64,000 nt of DNA, from the IMG/VR virus record IMGVR_UViG_3300014205_000014, positions 1-64,000 of that record, one strand, 5' to 3'. A program made the position numbers and the translations under genes. This stretch comes from a virus. Lineage: Duplodnaviria > Caudoviricetes. Under the pieces are notes generated by a model, which ran no database searches, had not been told where the DNA came from, and saw only the letters and a program-made list of their open reading frames with translations. Of the stretch, positions 18,702 to 28,547 are shown in pieces. Every line of letters starts with the position of its first letter. Positions within the stretch are counted from its first letter, which is position 1.

Positions 18702-18980
18702 ATGCCAGATTACAACTCCATTTTCCAATCACTTCTGATACTTCAAGAGGAAACCTACCCCAACGCCTATGATGAGGTTGACGTGCAACTCTTGAAGCAA
18801 CTGAACACAGCGTTTTGGGTGATTACGCGAGATCGGGACACACGGCTCAAGTTGATGGGCGAAGTCGTTGGGCGCACGTTGAAATCGACGTATGACCTGA
18901 CAGTGGGCGAAGCCCATGCCCTGCTCAAACTGTGCGATCAACCCACATTTATTGCAGCAATGAAAGGAGAGACACAATGA
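18702..18980 (+). CDS. Hypothetical protein
   Basis: SD GGAGG; 92 aa. Confidence 0.7.
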   Translation: MPDYNSIFQSLLILQEETYPNAYDEVDVQLLKQLNTAFWVITRDRDTRLKLMGEVVGRTLKSTYDLTVGEAHALLKLCDQPTFIAAMKGETQ

Positions 18981-19324
18981 AATTTACCAATAACCCTTTC
19001 GAGGAATTTATCGACCAACTGGACATCGACGGAACGTCTACGCTCGACTGCCCTACCATCCATCCAGCGGTGGAGAAGGTGCTATGGGAGTTGGAAGATG
19101 CGAAGGACTTTGAAACTTTATGGCATCAGCGGCTAACAGACTTGCAACGGGTCGAGCGCCACTGTCTTGCTACTGAACTGAAAGCCAGTCTCATGGACTA
19201 CCTACCCGTGCAGGTGTACAAAGTCGCTGAGCCGGAACTGCAACAACTGCTGCTGTATGTCATCAGCGCGGCGTGGTTGGTACACAGTGAAATCGAAAAA
19301 CAGTTTGGAGGGACTCGTGAATAA
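18977..19324 (+). CDS. Hypothetical protein
   Basis: SD AAGGAG, ATGA overlap. Confidence 0.7.
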   Translation: MKFTNNPFEEFIDQLDIDGTSTLDCPTIHPAVEKVLWELEDAKDFETLWHQRLTDLQRVERHCLATELKASLMDYLPVQVYKVAEPELQQLLLYVISAAWLVHSEIEKQFGGTRE

Positions 19325-20135
19325 GCAACTTAAACTCAATAAAGATGGTTCAGTTAAGGGACGTGGCATAGAATGGGCTGATTTTACGTGGAATCCTATA
19401 GCCGGTTGTTTTCACGCCTGCCAATGGCAAATGCCCGATGGCACGATTGCCAACTGCTACGCCGAAGATGTTGCGGATCGTGTTGCCGGTGGTGCATACC
19501 CACACGGGTTTGAACATAACTATTGGAAACCCGCCCTGCTGAAAGAACCGATCAATCAAAAGAAACCCTCACGTATATTCGTGGGAAGCATGGCGGACGT
19601 GTTCGGACATTGGGTTGAGAAAGATCATATTCTGCAAGTGCTGAATGTTTGTGAACGTGCTCCACAGCATACATTCCAATTCCTGACTAAAAATATCAAG
19701 CGGGTATGGGAATTTGTAGGGGTTATTCCCTCGAACTGTTGGATTGGAGCCAGCACACCACCGAACTTCATGTGGAACAAGCCGCTTTCAGAGGGGCAGC
19801 GCGAACGGTGGCTCGACACAACATTAAGCACACTAAATGCTTTGCATGAAACGGGTATTACTACTTGGTTATCCGCCGAACCCATCACAATTGATGTTGG
19901 GTTTTATATTACAACTGAGTTCGATAAGAAACCAATTGACTGGATGGTGATCGGCGCTGCAAGTAATGGAAATAAACTCTACGCACCGGATGAGAAGTTT
20001 GTTAAACGTGCGGTAAAAGCCAATGATGATTTTGGAATTGCAACTTTCTTCAAGGGCAATCTCAAAACATCACCTTTTGCAGCAGCCAATTGGCGTGAAG
20101 AGTATCCTAAGGTGAAAGTAGCCGTTCATGAGTAA
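19317..20135 (+). CDS. Phage Gp37/Gp68 (DUF5131) radical-SAM-like protein
   Basis: IEWADFTWNPIAGCFHAC...CYAE, IFVGSMADVF, FQFLTK, WLSAEP, FFKG motifs. Confidence 0.85.
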   Translation: MNKQLKLNKDGSVKGRGIEWADFTWNPIAGCFHACQWQMPDGTIANCYAEDVADRVAGGAYPHGFEHNYWKPALLKEPINQKKPSRIFVGSMADVFGHWVEKDHILQVLNVCERAPQHTFQFLTKNIKRVWEFVGVIPSNCWIGASTPPNFMWNKPLSEGQRERWLDTTLSTLNALHETGITTWLSAEPITIDVGFYITTEFDKKPIDWMVIGAASNGNKLYAPDEKFVKRAVKANDDFGIATFFKGNLKTSPFAAANWREEYPKVKVAVHE

Positions 20136-20499
20136 TCAAGAAAGCATCGAAACCCGCGACTACCGCAACACCCAACGGGCAAGCGCCTTTGTCCGTAAGG
20201 ACAATCGCTGTGATCTATGCGGTGGTCGGGCAAATAGTCTCCATGAAATTTTATTCCGGTCTAGTACCCTGAACAATGAGGAAGCGCGGAGGTTATCCTT
20301 TCAAGAACCGCTGTTGGCTATCCTATGCCCTACCTGCCACGATAAGGCACACAATCCTGAAACGAGCGCACGACTGCTGATGCAAAACGCAAAGATATAC
20401 GGACATCAGGCAGTCAACGAAGCGCTACAGGCGGTGCGGACCGTGTTGAAAGGTAGATTAGGTGTAGCATTAGTTGAGGAGGAAGAAACCGATGGCTAA
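20128..20499 (+). CDS. Small HNH-type Zn nuclease
   Basis: CDLCG....LHEI...LCPTCHDKAH. Confidence 0.7.
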   Translation: MSNQESIETRDYRNTQRASAFVRKDNRCDLCGGRANSLHEILFRSSTLNNEEARRLSFQEPLLAILCPTCHDKAHNPETSARLLMQNAKIYGHQAVNEALQAVRTVLKGRLGVALVEEEETDG

Positions 20500-21529
20500 A
20501 GATAACGGCGCGGTGAAGGAAAAGAAGCAGCCGACGATTGCCGATATTCTTGAAAAGTACAACCTCAAAAACGTTCAAGAGTATGAGGAAGTTAAACGCT
20601 TACCCACCGGCTCATTGGAACTGGATAAATCCATCGGCGGCGGTTGGGGCGTGGGATGCATCAATGAGGTATGGGGTGCTCCTAGTTTTGGCAAGAGTTT
20701 ACTCACCATGATTACCATCGGACGCACCTTGTTCGCGGGTAAAAAAGCCGTTCTGTTCGATCTTGAAAAATCCTTTGATGAGAAGTGGGCTAGACACTTC
20801 ATGGATGTCAACAGCGAGAACTTTATCCTCGTGCAGCAGCATAATGATACCTACGGTGAAGGCATTCTGAACTCCATTCTCGCACTTGCCGATATGGGCG
20901 TGGCATTTATCGCACTGGACTCCAAAGATGCGATTGTATTTGAAGCCGAATTAGAAGGCGGCGTTGGCCCAACCAACATGGGTAAGCGGTCATTTCTATT
21001 GGGAAACTTCGTTCGCCGCCTCTCACAGATTGTAGGCGACAGCGAAACGGCATTCTTGTTTACATCTCAGGTTCGCGCTAATTTTGGCAACACCTATCAA
21101 CCGCTGACAACATCCGGTGGTCATGCGCTCGATCACTTTTGCTCCATTCAGGTATCCCTCAACCAACCCGCCGCGCTCAAGGTATCGGTAGACAAGAAAG
21201 AGGTTGTTGTGGGAACGTCCATCAATACCCACAGCGGCAAAAATAAGACGTTTAAGGCTAAGCAGAACGCGAGTGTGGCTGTGCGTAAGTTCGACACCGA
21301 GGGCGGTGAAATTTGGGCGGTTGATACTGCATCAGAGGTATTTAAAATCGGTACGGAGTTGGGTATGTTCACCCTTGCTGATGGCAAACCTTACGATGGT
21401 GCAGGCAATGCCCATTACGGCGGCGAATTGTTAGGTAGCAAAAACGTGGCTATCTCGCGGCTCCGTGCAGAACCGACTATGTGTTTCCAGATTGAACAGG
21501 CTATTCGTAGCAAATTGGGTTGGGCGTAG
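20492..21529 (+). CDS. recA: RecA/UvsX-like recombinase
   Basis: LPTGSLELDKSIGGG, GAPSFGKS Walker A, FDLEKSFD, TSQVR, TSGGHALDHFCSIQV. Confidence 0.88.
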   Translation: MAKDNGAVKEKKQPTIADILEKYNLKNVQEYEEVKRLPTGSLELDKSIGGGWGVGCINEVWGAPSFGKSLLTMITIGRTLFAGKKAVLFDLEKSFDEKWARHFMDVNSENFILVQQHNDTYGEGILNSILALADMGVAFIALDSKDAIVFEAELEGGVGPTNMGKRSFLLGNFVRRLSQIVGDSETAFLFTSQVRANFGNTYQPLTTSGGHALDHFCSIQVSLNQPAALKVSVDKKEVVVGTSINTHSGKNKTFKAKQNASVAVRKFDTEGGEIWAVDTASEVFKIGTELGMFTLADGKPYDGAGNAHYGGELLGSKNVAISRLRAEPTMCFQIEQAIRSKLGWA

Positions 21530-21607
21530 GTTGACCATTCGAGATTCATAGGAGAAATAATCATAGACATATACGAAACAGATAGCACAGTTATCTTAAA
21601 CGAAGCA

Positions 21608-22609
21608 GTGGAGCAATACAAAGTCAAAGCACTTTGGGCGCTTTACTCAGGTGGGCATGATAGCCTTGTGTCTACTCACATTGCATCAAAACACCCCCTC
21701 TTTAGGGGGGTGATACATGTCAATACCAAAACATCACCACTTGCTCAAAAAGTTACTGAATACGCTCGTGCTACGGCTAAGGCTAACGGATGGGAATTTA
21801 TCGAAGTCTCTCCCTTTACCACCTACGCACAACTGATTACAAAGAACGGTTTCCCATCCCCTGATGTCCACAACTACATATATCAATACCTCAAGGGGCG
21901 ACCAATAAAGCAGGCTGTTCAACGCGCTAAAGCCAAATTAATCCACGAGCTAACCGATGGTAAATCAGGCGAAATTAAGTTTGATGTTAGTGGCGAAAGC
22001 GCGGGTAATCTGACTTTTATCAAGCCGACAATGCCACGCAAAGAATTGAATGCAATAAAGCGTACTGCTGTTATTGGATTAGTAAGCGGAATGCGCCATG
22101 CGGAAAGCAAGCGACGATCTAAGTTACCCGCATCTGGTAAACAGGACGGCAATATTTGGATTAATCCAATTATTGAATGGTCTAAAGAGCGTTGTAGTGA
22201 ATATATAAACACAAACAAACTTTCACGTAACCGTGTTTCTGATGTGACAGGTGTAAGTCAAGAGTGTGATTGTAAGTGCCATGCTGCACCGGATGAATTA
22301 TCTATTCAACGCCGAATCATGCCGAATATGAATGATTACGCTAACAAATTGCAAGAACTCGTCCGCGTGTCGCGTGAATTGCAATTGATGGAAGTTCAAT
22401 TTGGGATGCGAAAACCCGATGATGTTATTGATGAACATGATACGGTATGGGGTCATGGGCGCAAAAGTTCAAAGGTTGTAGTTGCTGAATCAATGCCCCT
22501 TTTTAGTATCTGTTCTGTTTGCGAGGGGCAACTTGATATGCAGGGCAATGTTGGAGTTGATCCAGATTTAATGATGCTGGCAGTACAAATGGTCAAGAAG
22601 ACAGCTTAA
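21608..22609 (+). CDS. PAPS-reductase-family protein (adenine nucleotide alpha-hydrolase); probable start ATA 21563
   Basis: SGGHDS PP-loop, HVNT, GMRHAESKRR, NPIIEWS, ECDCKCH. Confidence 0.8.
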   Translation: MEQYKVKALWALYSGGHDSLVSTHIASKHPLFRGVIHVNTKTSPLAQKVTEYARATAKANGWEFIEVSPFTTYAQLITKNGFPSPDVHNYIYQYLKGRPIKQAVQRAKAKLIHELTDGKSGEIKFDVSGESAGNLTFIKPTMPRKELNAIKRTAVIGLVSGMRHAESKRRSKLPASGKQDGNIWINPIIEWSKERCSEYINTNKLSRNRVSDVTGVSQECDCKCHAAPDELSIQRRIMPNMNDYANKLQELVRVSRELQLMEVQFGMRKPDDVIDEHDTVWGHGRKSSKVVVAESMPLFSICSVCEGQLDMQGNVGVDPDLMMLAVQMVKKTA

Positions 22610-22652
22610 TGCATCTAAGAATTGAGATCAGAAATCATAAAGGAGATTTAAA

Positions 22653-23156
22653 TTGACTAACCCTATCCGTAACTTTCTATTGACCCTGATCCTACTACTC
22701 ATCGTCAGCACAACCGCCGCGCAGGATACGACTACCTTTACCCTCACCTGCTATACCGTTGATAAAGATTTCAACATGACGATTACGGTAGGCTATACCT
22801 CTGTGGGCGGCGACCACTTCTACGGCAGCGGGTTTGACTTTGTGACAGAAGCCGGGAATTACCCCGATGCGCTGATGGTGACACCGCTTTCCTATGACCC
22901 GTTCCCAACACTTGGTTTTGCATCCATCGGTGACAAAGATGAACCGAGTGTCACTGACCCTGTAATCCATATCAAATTATATGGTGCACCCCTGCCCGAA
23001 TGTGGCGTGGAGGTCACACCTGAACCATTGCCGCCGTTTCTCATCGAAATCACAACGTCCTGCCCCTTCAGCGCGATTGATGCGGCAAGTGGTTTACCCT
23101 ATTGCTACGTGCCACTGCCAAGTGGATGTGTACCACTGCCGGAGGCGTATAAGTGA
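22653..23156 (+). CDS. Secreted protein with signal peptide
   Basis: TTG start with SD AAGGAG; hydrophobic N-terminus ending TTAA/QD; Pro/Cys-rich C-terminus. Confidence 0.7.
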   Translation: MTNPIRNFLLTLILLLIVSTTAAQDTTTFTLTCYTVDKDFNMTITVGYTSVGGDHFYGSGFDFVTEAGNYPDALMVTPLSYDPFPTLGFASIGDKDEPSVTDPVIHIKLYGAPLPECGVEVTPEPLPPFLIEITTSCPFSAIDAASGLPYCYVPLPSGCVPLPEAYK

Positions 23157-24421
23157 ACGCTTACGGTTCTATGGATTGGCCTAGCGCCCCCCTTCTCGAC
23201 ACCATATACAACTGTGATGCACTCGAGCTCCTACAAGCTATGCCCGATGAGAGTGTGAATTGCATTGTGACTTCGCCTCCGTATTGGGGACTCAGAAATT
23301 ACGGGGTAGAGGGTCAAATGGGTTTAGAACCAACCCTGAAAGAATTCATCTCCAATCTTGTTACACTGTTCCGTGAAGCGCGGCGCGTTCTGCGGTCAGA
23401 TGGCGTACTTTGGCTTAATATGGGCGATTGCTATGCAACATCTGCTAATGGTCGTAGTGCGATGGAAACAAAAACAATTGGTGAAGATGATCGAACGTTT
23501 CGTGATAAACCCTTTAGTACGGTTGGTAATGGTCTGAAAAATAAAGATTTGGTGGGGCAACCTTGGAGGTTAGCTTTTGCGCTGCAAGATGATGGTTGGT
23601 ATCTGCGTTCTGATTGTATTTGGAGCAAGCCTAACCCCATGCCTGAATCAATCAAAGATCGTCCTACCAAAGCGCACGAGTATGTGTTTTTACTTACGAA
23701 ATCAGAACACTATTGGATTGATTTTGAAAACATGAAAACCCCTGTCAAAGAACACAGCATCAAACGTTTAGGGCGAGCTGTAAGTGAAACTCACAAAAAT
23801 GCACACGGCGCACCGGGGCAAACACCCCACAGTATGCTAAAGGCTCGTCCCAATAAGCAGGATAAGGTTGGAAAGAGACAATACACAGGGTTTAACGAGC
23901 GCTATGATAATACACCTGTGCCAATGGCTCACCCGCGTACTGTGTGGACTGTGCCAACCGTTGGGTTTGAAGAAGGGCATTTTGCAACATTCCCCGTTGA
24001 CCTCATTCACCCACTGATTGAGGCAGGTTGCCCAAGTAAAGTTTGCTCCGAGTGCAAATTGCCTTGGGAACGTTGGATTGAAGAAGTTGAAGAGTTTGAT
24101 CCTGAGTCGGGGTATACCATAACTAAGAAGGTTGATCGAGGGCTTTATCCCGTTTGTGAGTGTAATGCAAGTATAGAAGCGGGAATAGTTCATGATCCAT
24201 TTATGGGATCCGGTACCGTAGCAGCAGTTGCTATGGAACTTGGATTGCGATACAGCGGATCCGAACTTAACCCCGATTACATCAACATCTCTAAGCGCCG
24301 ACTAAAAAAACCGTTTGAAAAAGTGCCACCGAAACCCGACAAACCGCTGTACACACCTCCGATAACGCTTGTCACATCTGAAGGAGAAATCACTTTACAA
24401 CAGATGGAGATATTCGCATGA
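23153..24421 (+). CDS. DNA methyltransferase, N4-cytosine/N6-adenine beta class
   Basis: TSPPY motif IV first, HFATFP, DPFMGSGT motif I near the C-terminus; Cys-rich insertion. Confidence 0.92.
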   Translation: MNAYGSMDWPSAPLLDTIYNCDALELLQAMPDESVNCIVTSPPYWGLRNYGVEGQMGLEPTLKEFISNLVTLFREARRVLRSDGVLWLNMGDCYATSANGRSAMETKTIGEDDRTFRDKPFSTVGNGLKNKDLVGQPWRLAFALQDDGWYLRSDCIWSKPNPMPESIKDRPTKAHEYVFLLTKSEHYWIDFENMKTPVKEHSIKRLGRAVSETHKNAHGAPGQTPHSMLKARPNKQDKVGKRQYTGFNERYDNTPVPMAHPRTVWTVPTVGFEEGHFATFPVDLIHPLIEAGCPSKVCSECKLPWERWIEEVEEFDPESGYTITKKVDRGLYPVCECNASIEAGIVHDPFMGSGTVAAVAMELGLRYSGSELNPDYINISKRRLKKPFEKVPPKPDKPLYTPPITLVTSEGEITLQQMEIFA

Positions 24422-25221
24422 TTGACTTCATACACACCGGCACGTATTACAACCGCGCGTTCTGGACTCCGGCTATCCTCCACAATCGAGAAGTGATAAA
24501 TGAATCCCGGATATACAGTCAGAACCCACTTATTGCCGCCGATTCGATGTTGACCCTCAATCACTTTGCCAAAGGTGCGCTGTCTGCCGCCAAGGATGAT
24601 ATTTACTTCCTCAAAGCCAAGATGACGAAGCACCTGTACACCCATTACCCCTGTGATGTGAAACTCTTGAAGCAAACGCTCAAATGCCGCAGTTGTGATG
24701 GTACAGGCACGTATACCCGAACTGATTATTACCACGATATTCAGTGGGAGGATAGTTGTTGGCATTGCGGCGGTACAGGCGTTTATCGTGAAGTAGAGAT
24801 TATCGCTTTCACCTTTCACATCGGTTCTGAAACCATCTCATGGCATCAACCGCGCGGGTTGGTGGACTTCGACGTGTTTATCCCTGCTACAGTTGGGATT
24901 TACGAGGGTGAAAAACCTGCACGGTTCATTCGTGACGAAAACACTGAAAACTTCCTGCTGGATTATCTCACTGTATGGGAGTTTTTAAGGCAGCAAGGGG
25001 TGCTACAAAGCCGCATAGGGTTGTTCCGCGCTATCCGTACCGATTTAAGCCGAATCAAGGCTATAACGCCTGTTTTGCTGCGGCAGTGGGCTAATTCCTT
25101 TGCCGATTGGCTCATCGGTGACAAATTGTACGAGCGCGGGGAATTGTATTGGTTCAATGATGACTACGATGATGAACTGCCCGATGATGATTTTGAATAT
25201 GACGAAGCAATACCCTTTTAA
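24418..25221 (+). CDS. Hypothetical protein with DnaJ-type zinc-finger repeats
   Basis: CRSCDGTG and CWHCGGTG. Confidence 0.7.
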   Translation: MIDFIHTGTYYNRAFWTPAILHNREVINESRIYSQNPLIAADSMLTLNHFAKGALSAAKDDIYFLKAKMTKHLYTHYPCDVKLLKQTLKCRSCDGTGTYTRTDYYHDIQWEDSCWHCGGTGVYREVEIIAFTFHIGSETISWHQPRGLVDFDVFIPATVGIYEGEKPARFIRDENTENFLLDYLTVWEFLRQQGVLQSRIGLFRAIRTDLSRIKAITPVLLRQWANSFADWLIGDKLYERGELYWFNDDYDDELPDDDFEYDEAIPF

Positions 25222-25230
25222 GGAGTAGCA

Positions 25231-25500
25231 ATGGATAACCAGACTTTACAGACCGCCCTCCTCGACTATTTCATTATCGGTAAGCCGGTGATGAAAGCTG
25301 CCGAGAGGTTGCGTGATCTTAAACCGCCTAACATTGATGACAAGGCGTTTCGGCGTGAAATCATTAAAATGAAGAATTCTCTCGCCGGGTTACAACTCAT
25401 TCATGTTGTCAGTGGTATGGGAACAAATGGGACGTTGTATCATACAACCGATGTTGGACGTGCGTATGCACAACTGCTGCAAGAAAGGAAAAAGGTGTGA
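25231..25500 (+). CDS. Winged-helix-like hypothetical protein
   Basis: LAGLQLIHVV...YHTTDVGRAY wHTH-like end; SD AAGGAG. Confidence 0.6.
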   Translation: MDNQTLQTALLDYFIIGKPVMKAAERLRDLKPPNIDDKAFRREIIKMKNSLAGLQLIHVVSGMGTNGTLYHTTDVGRAYAQLLQERKKV

Positions 25501-26042
25501 GGACACAGGATTTACAGGACGATTGGTTGCTGAACCACGAAAACACAATCTATCTGCCTACTGCCATTGAGAACGATAGTTTACCTCTTATGGCAGCGAA
25601 ACTTGCCTACGCGCGTGATCGTATGCCCACGAACCCCATTTTGCTCTACTGCCGCTGTGATGGCGGCAACGTTGAAGAGATGCTTGCTATTTGCAACCTT
25701 ATTCAGCAGGACGGGAATGTGCATGGTCATCTCATCGGCACGTGTATGAGCGCCGGAACCACCATATGGGCGGCTTGTGCTAAACGGTTTATCTACCCCA
25801 AAACAATGATTGGTATCCATCCCTGCCAATGGTTTGCATCCGATGTAAAGTATGACCGCCACAAGTTGAATAGCCTGTATGATGAGTTTCGCGCTGCCGA
25901 TGTGCGTTCATGTGAAATTTACGCAACGGCAAGTAATCGAGGTTGCGATTGGTGGCTCGAACAGATGGATGCGCGTGGGGATATTAAATGGTTTAAACCA
26001 GATCAACTCATCGAACTTGGCATGGGCGTTATGATTGGTTAA
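25497..26042 (+). CDS. ClpP-like serine protease
   Basis: DGGNV, CMSAG (catalytic Ser), IGIHP (His). Confidence 0.8.
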   Translation: MRTQDLQDDWLLNHENTIYLPTAIENDSLPLMAAKLAYARDRMPTNPILLYCRCDGGNVEEMLAICNLIQQDGNVHGHLIGTCMSAGTTIWAACAKRFIYPKTMIGIHPCQWFASDVKYDRHKLNSLYDEFRAADVRSCEIYATASNRGCDWWLEQMDARGDIKWFKPDQLIELGMGVMIG

Positions 26043-26077
26043 AACACAGAGCCGAATATGTGTTATCATAGAGAAGG

Positions 26078-26302
26078 TTGTCACAAAGGAGACTTAAAAC
26101 GAGTAGAACAACAACAGTCACCATAGACATCGAATGCAAACTAGGTGATGAATACTTTACAGAGTGGGATGAATTATCGCCTGATATACAAGCGTTTTGG
26201 GAGGATAAAGGGTGTAATTGTGAAGGGTCAGGTGTAATCAGTTCACTTTGCAAAGGATGTCCTTTTTGCTCCGTATTTGAAGAGGACAACCCCCAACCAT
26301 GA
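26078..26302 (+). CDS. Cys-rich hypothetical protein; probable start ACG 26099
   Basis: CNCEG...CKGCPFC; SD AAGGAG 7 nt before in-frame ACG. Confidence 0.55.
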   Translation: MSQRRLKTSRTTTVTIDIECKLGDEYFTEWDELSPDIQAFWEDKGCNCEGSGVISSLCKGCPFCSVFEEDNPQP

Positions 26303-27426
26303 AGAAACAAATACGGATGCAGCAAGCCTACGACCTGCGGAAACAGGGGTTTGCACCGAAACAAGCTGCTGAAATCATGGGCATCACCCCTGCGGGGGTG
26401 ACGAGCCTCGCGAGTAAGTGGGAGAAGAAACTGAGGAAGAAACCCGTTATTATCGTTATTTCAGACTCCCTCGCAGAAGAAAACCGCCAACTAAAAGCCA
26501 GAGTCGCGCAATTGGAATCTGAAAAGAAGGGTATGTACGAACCCTCTGCGCGGGACGATACCAATTGGGATATTTGGGACAAAGAGTACAATCGCCTACA
26601 GCAATTGGATCGTATGATCGTCGTTCACAGCATTAATGATATGCATATTCCTGACGAAGATGAACAATGTATCAATATGGATTTAGAGATCAACGCCGCT
26701 GTGCAACCGGACATCACTATTTTCGGTGGTGATATGTACGACTTCGATGTGCTGAGTTTGAAGTACAAACGCATGTACAACCGCCGCCGCAAAGACCCCT
26801 TCCTAGAAGTTGAACCCCGATGGAATGACATTGTAACCACCATTAAAGATAACAACCCGAATGGTATTATTCTTGCTACAGGAGACAATCACGGGCAACA
26901 GCGTATGGAAAAGTTCATTAATGAGTGGATACCTGTTTTCGGAGATCGTCTGACTGCTGATTACAACGCCTTGGTACGCTGCAACAACCTCGTACTGTGG
27001 TTGGGATGGACCCAAGAAGTGTATATGCAGAATACTATTTTTGAACACGGCAAGAGGGCAGGGGCAAATCCCGCAATGGCGAACTTTAAATTTCACGGTG
27101 AATCCTTTAACGATGTAGCAGGTCATGCCCACCGCTGGCAGCAGATTGTATCGGTAAAACAAATGTGGCTACCGGAAGAACATCGGATGCTGTACTACCC
27201 ATTAACCTCTGTCGTCACCGGCTGCTCCCAACATGTGCCACCGCATTACATCACCGATACCAAATCCGCTAACTCGACACAGGGCAGCGCCATAACCCAT
27301 GTCAACCTACATGGACTTGATAGCCATGTCCAAAACATTCTGTATCATCCGCGCGTTGATGGGTCACTGGTTGCTGCGTTCGGAACCCAAGTGTTCAAAC
27401 AAGAGGCAGTGAAGGCAACGGCTTAG
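26299..27426 (+). CDS. N-terminal HTH fused to calcineurin-like metallophosphoesterase
   Basis: HTH (PKQAAEIMGIT); DMH, GGD..D, GDNH, EHG, GHAH motifs. Confidence 0.8.
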   Translation: MKKQIRMQQAYDLRKQGFAPKQAAEIMGITPAGVTSLASKWEKKLRKKPVIIVISDSLAEENRQLKARVAQLESEKKGMYEPSARDDTNWDIWDKEYNRLQQLDRMIVVHSINDMHIPDEDEQCINMDLEINAAVQPDITIFGGDMYDFDVLSLKYKRMYNRRRKDPFLEVEPRWNDIVTTIKDNNPNGIILATGDNHGQQRMEKFINEWIPVFGDRLTADYNALVRCNNLVLWLGWTQEVYMQNTIFEHGKRAGANPAMANFKFHGESFNDVAGHAHRWQQIVSVKQMWLPEEHRMLYYPLTSVVTGCSQHVPPHYITDTKSANSTQGSAITHVNLHGLDSHVQNILYHPRVDGSLVAAFGTQVFKQEAVKATA

Positions 27427-27427
27427 T

Positions 27428-27472
27428 TGACAGAAAAAGTAGACAGTGGTATCCTGTTACATAAATGTAACA
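27428..27472 (+). promoter_or_regulatory. Sigma70-type promoter of the par operon with palindrome TGTTACA-TAAA-TGTAACA
   Basis: TTGACA-17 nt-TATCCT; inverted repeat at 27455-27472. Confidence 0.6.
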
Positions 27473-27494
27473 ACTACGTAACGGGAGAAATAGG

Positions 27495-28547
27495 ATGGCA
27501 AAAAGTAAATACAATTTAATGGCGTTGGACAGCGGGAATGCTCAGGTTAAAGGATTGACTGATGAAGGCGAATGTGTGTTCCCCCATTCGTTACGCCCAT
27601 TAACCAGTAAAGAAATAACCAACCTGCAAGAACGCGGGGATGAAATAGATACTTCGTCAAATGTATTTAGTGTTAATGGGGTTTATTATTCTGTTGGCAA
27701 TAAAGCGCTTAAAAAGGGTTCAGGGGCAGCACTATATGGTGAAGCGCGGTATCGTCCCGACTACTACGGTATTCTTGCCGCAATTGCCATGTTTAAAGCG
27801 TTCGATGACAGCAAGAAAAATGTTTATCTCTATGGATCACATACCCCCAAGGATTTGATCTATCGTCAAGACCTTGTGAACTCAGTTATGGGTAATTGGG
27901 TTGTCTCAGGGAGTGGCGTGACAAAATCTTTTGATGTTGTTGCCGGGGCAGGGTTTGATGAACCTGTTGGAGCTTTTCGCCATGCAACCTTGGGTAATGA
28001 TGGAAAATCTACTCGCGGTGAAATCACTCTGCGGCGTGGTGAAACCTTAATTGTGGATGTTGGAGGCTTCACGCTAGGGTTCTCTATCGCAGAGGACGGT
28101 AAAATAGATTACGACTCTTCAAATACCGAAGTGGTTGGTATCTTAGATGTACTCGACAATCTTGAAAGCGCCATTCGCTCTAATTTCCGAAAAGAACTCA
28201 AGGGTGCAAATGAATTAAAGGCCATGCGGCTTCGCTCTGCGTTGTCCAGTGGCATTTATGATGCTGCGGGTGCAGGATACCTTGAAGTTCACGAAGAAGT
28301 AAAACAGGCTTGTGATTTACTGATGCGTGATATTTTGCAGTTTTTTGAGACTTACGGTGGCACAACCACATTCCATTCCATATTGATTGCAGGCGGAGGT
28401 GGGGCATTGATGGAAAAATACATCCGCACCAATATTGACCATCCGCACATCTTCGTTGCTGAAAACAATCGTGATAGAATGCATATGGCAACTGTTATGG
28501 GCGGCATGAAAATTCTCAAGATATTAGAAACAGCAGGGAAACTATGA
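27495..28547 (+). CDS. parM: ParM/StbA-family actin-like segregation ATPase
   Basis: ALDSGNAQVK (phosphate 1), EPVGA, IVDVGGFT (phosphate 2), IAGGGG (adenosine). Confidence 0.85.
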   Translation: MAKSKYNLMALDSGNAQVKGLTDEGECVFPHSLRPLTSKEITNLQERGDEIDTSSNVFSVNGVYYSVGNKALKKGSGAALYGEARYRPDYYGILAAIAMFKAFDDSKKNVYLYGSHTPKDLIYRQDLVNSVMGNWVVSGSGVTKSFDVVAGAGFDEPVGAFRHATLGNDGKSTRGEITLRRGETLIVDVGGFTLGFSIAEDGKIDYDSSNTEVVGILDVLDNLESAIRSNFRKELKGANELKAMRLRSALSSGIYDAAGAGYLEVHEEVKQACDLLMRDILQFFETYGGTTTFHSILIAGGGGALMEKYIRTNIDHPHIFVAENNRDRMHMATVMGGMKILKILETAGKL

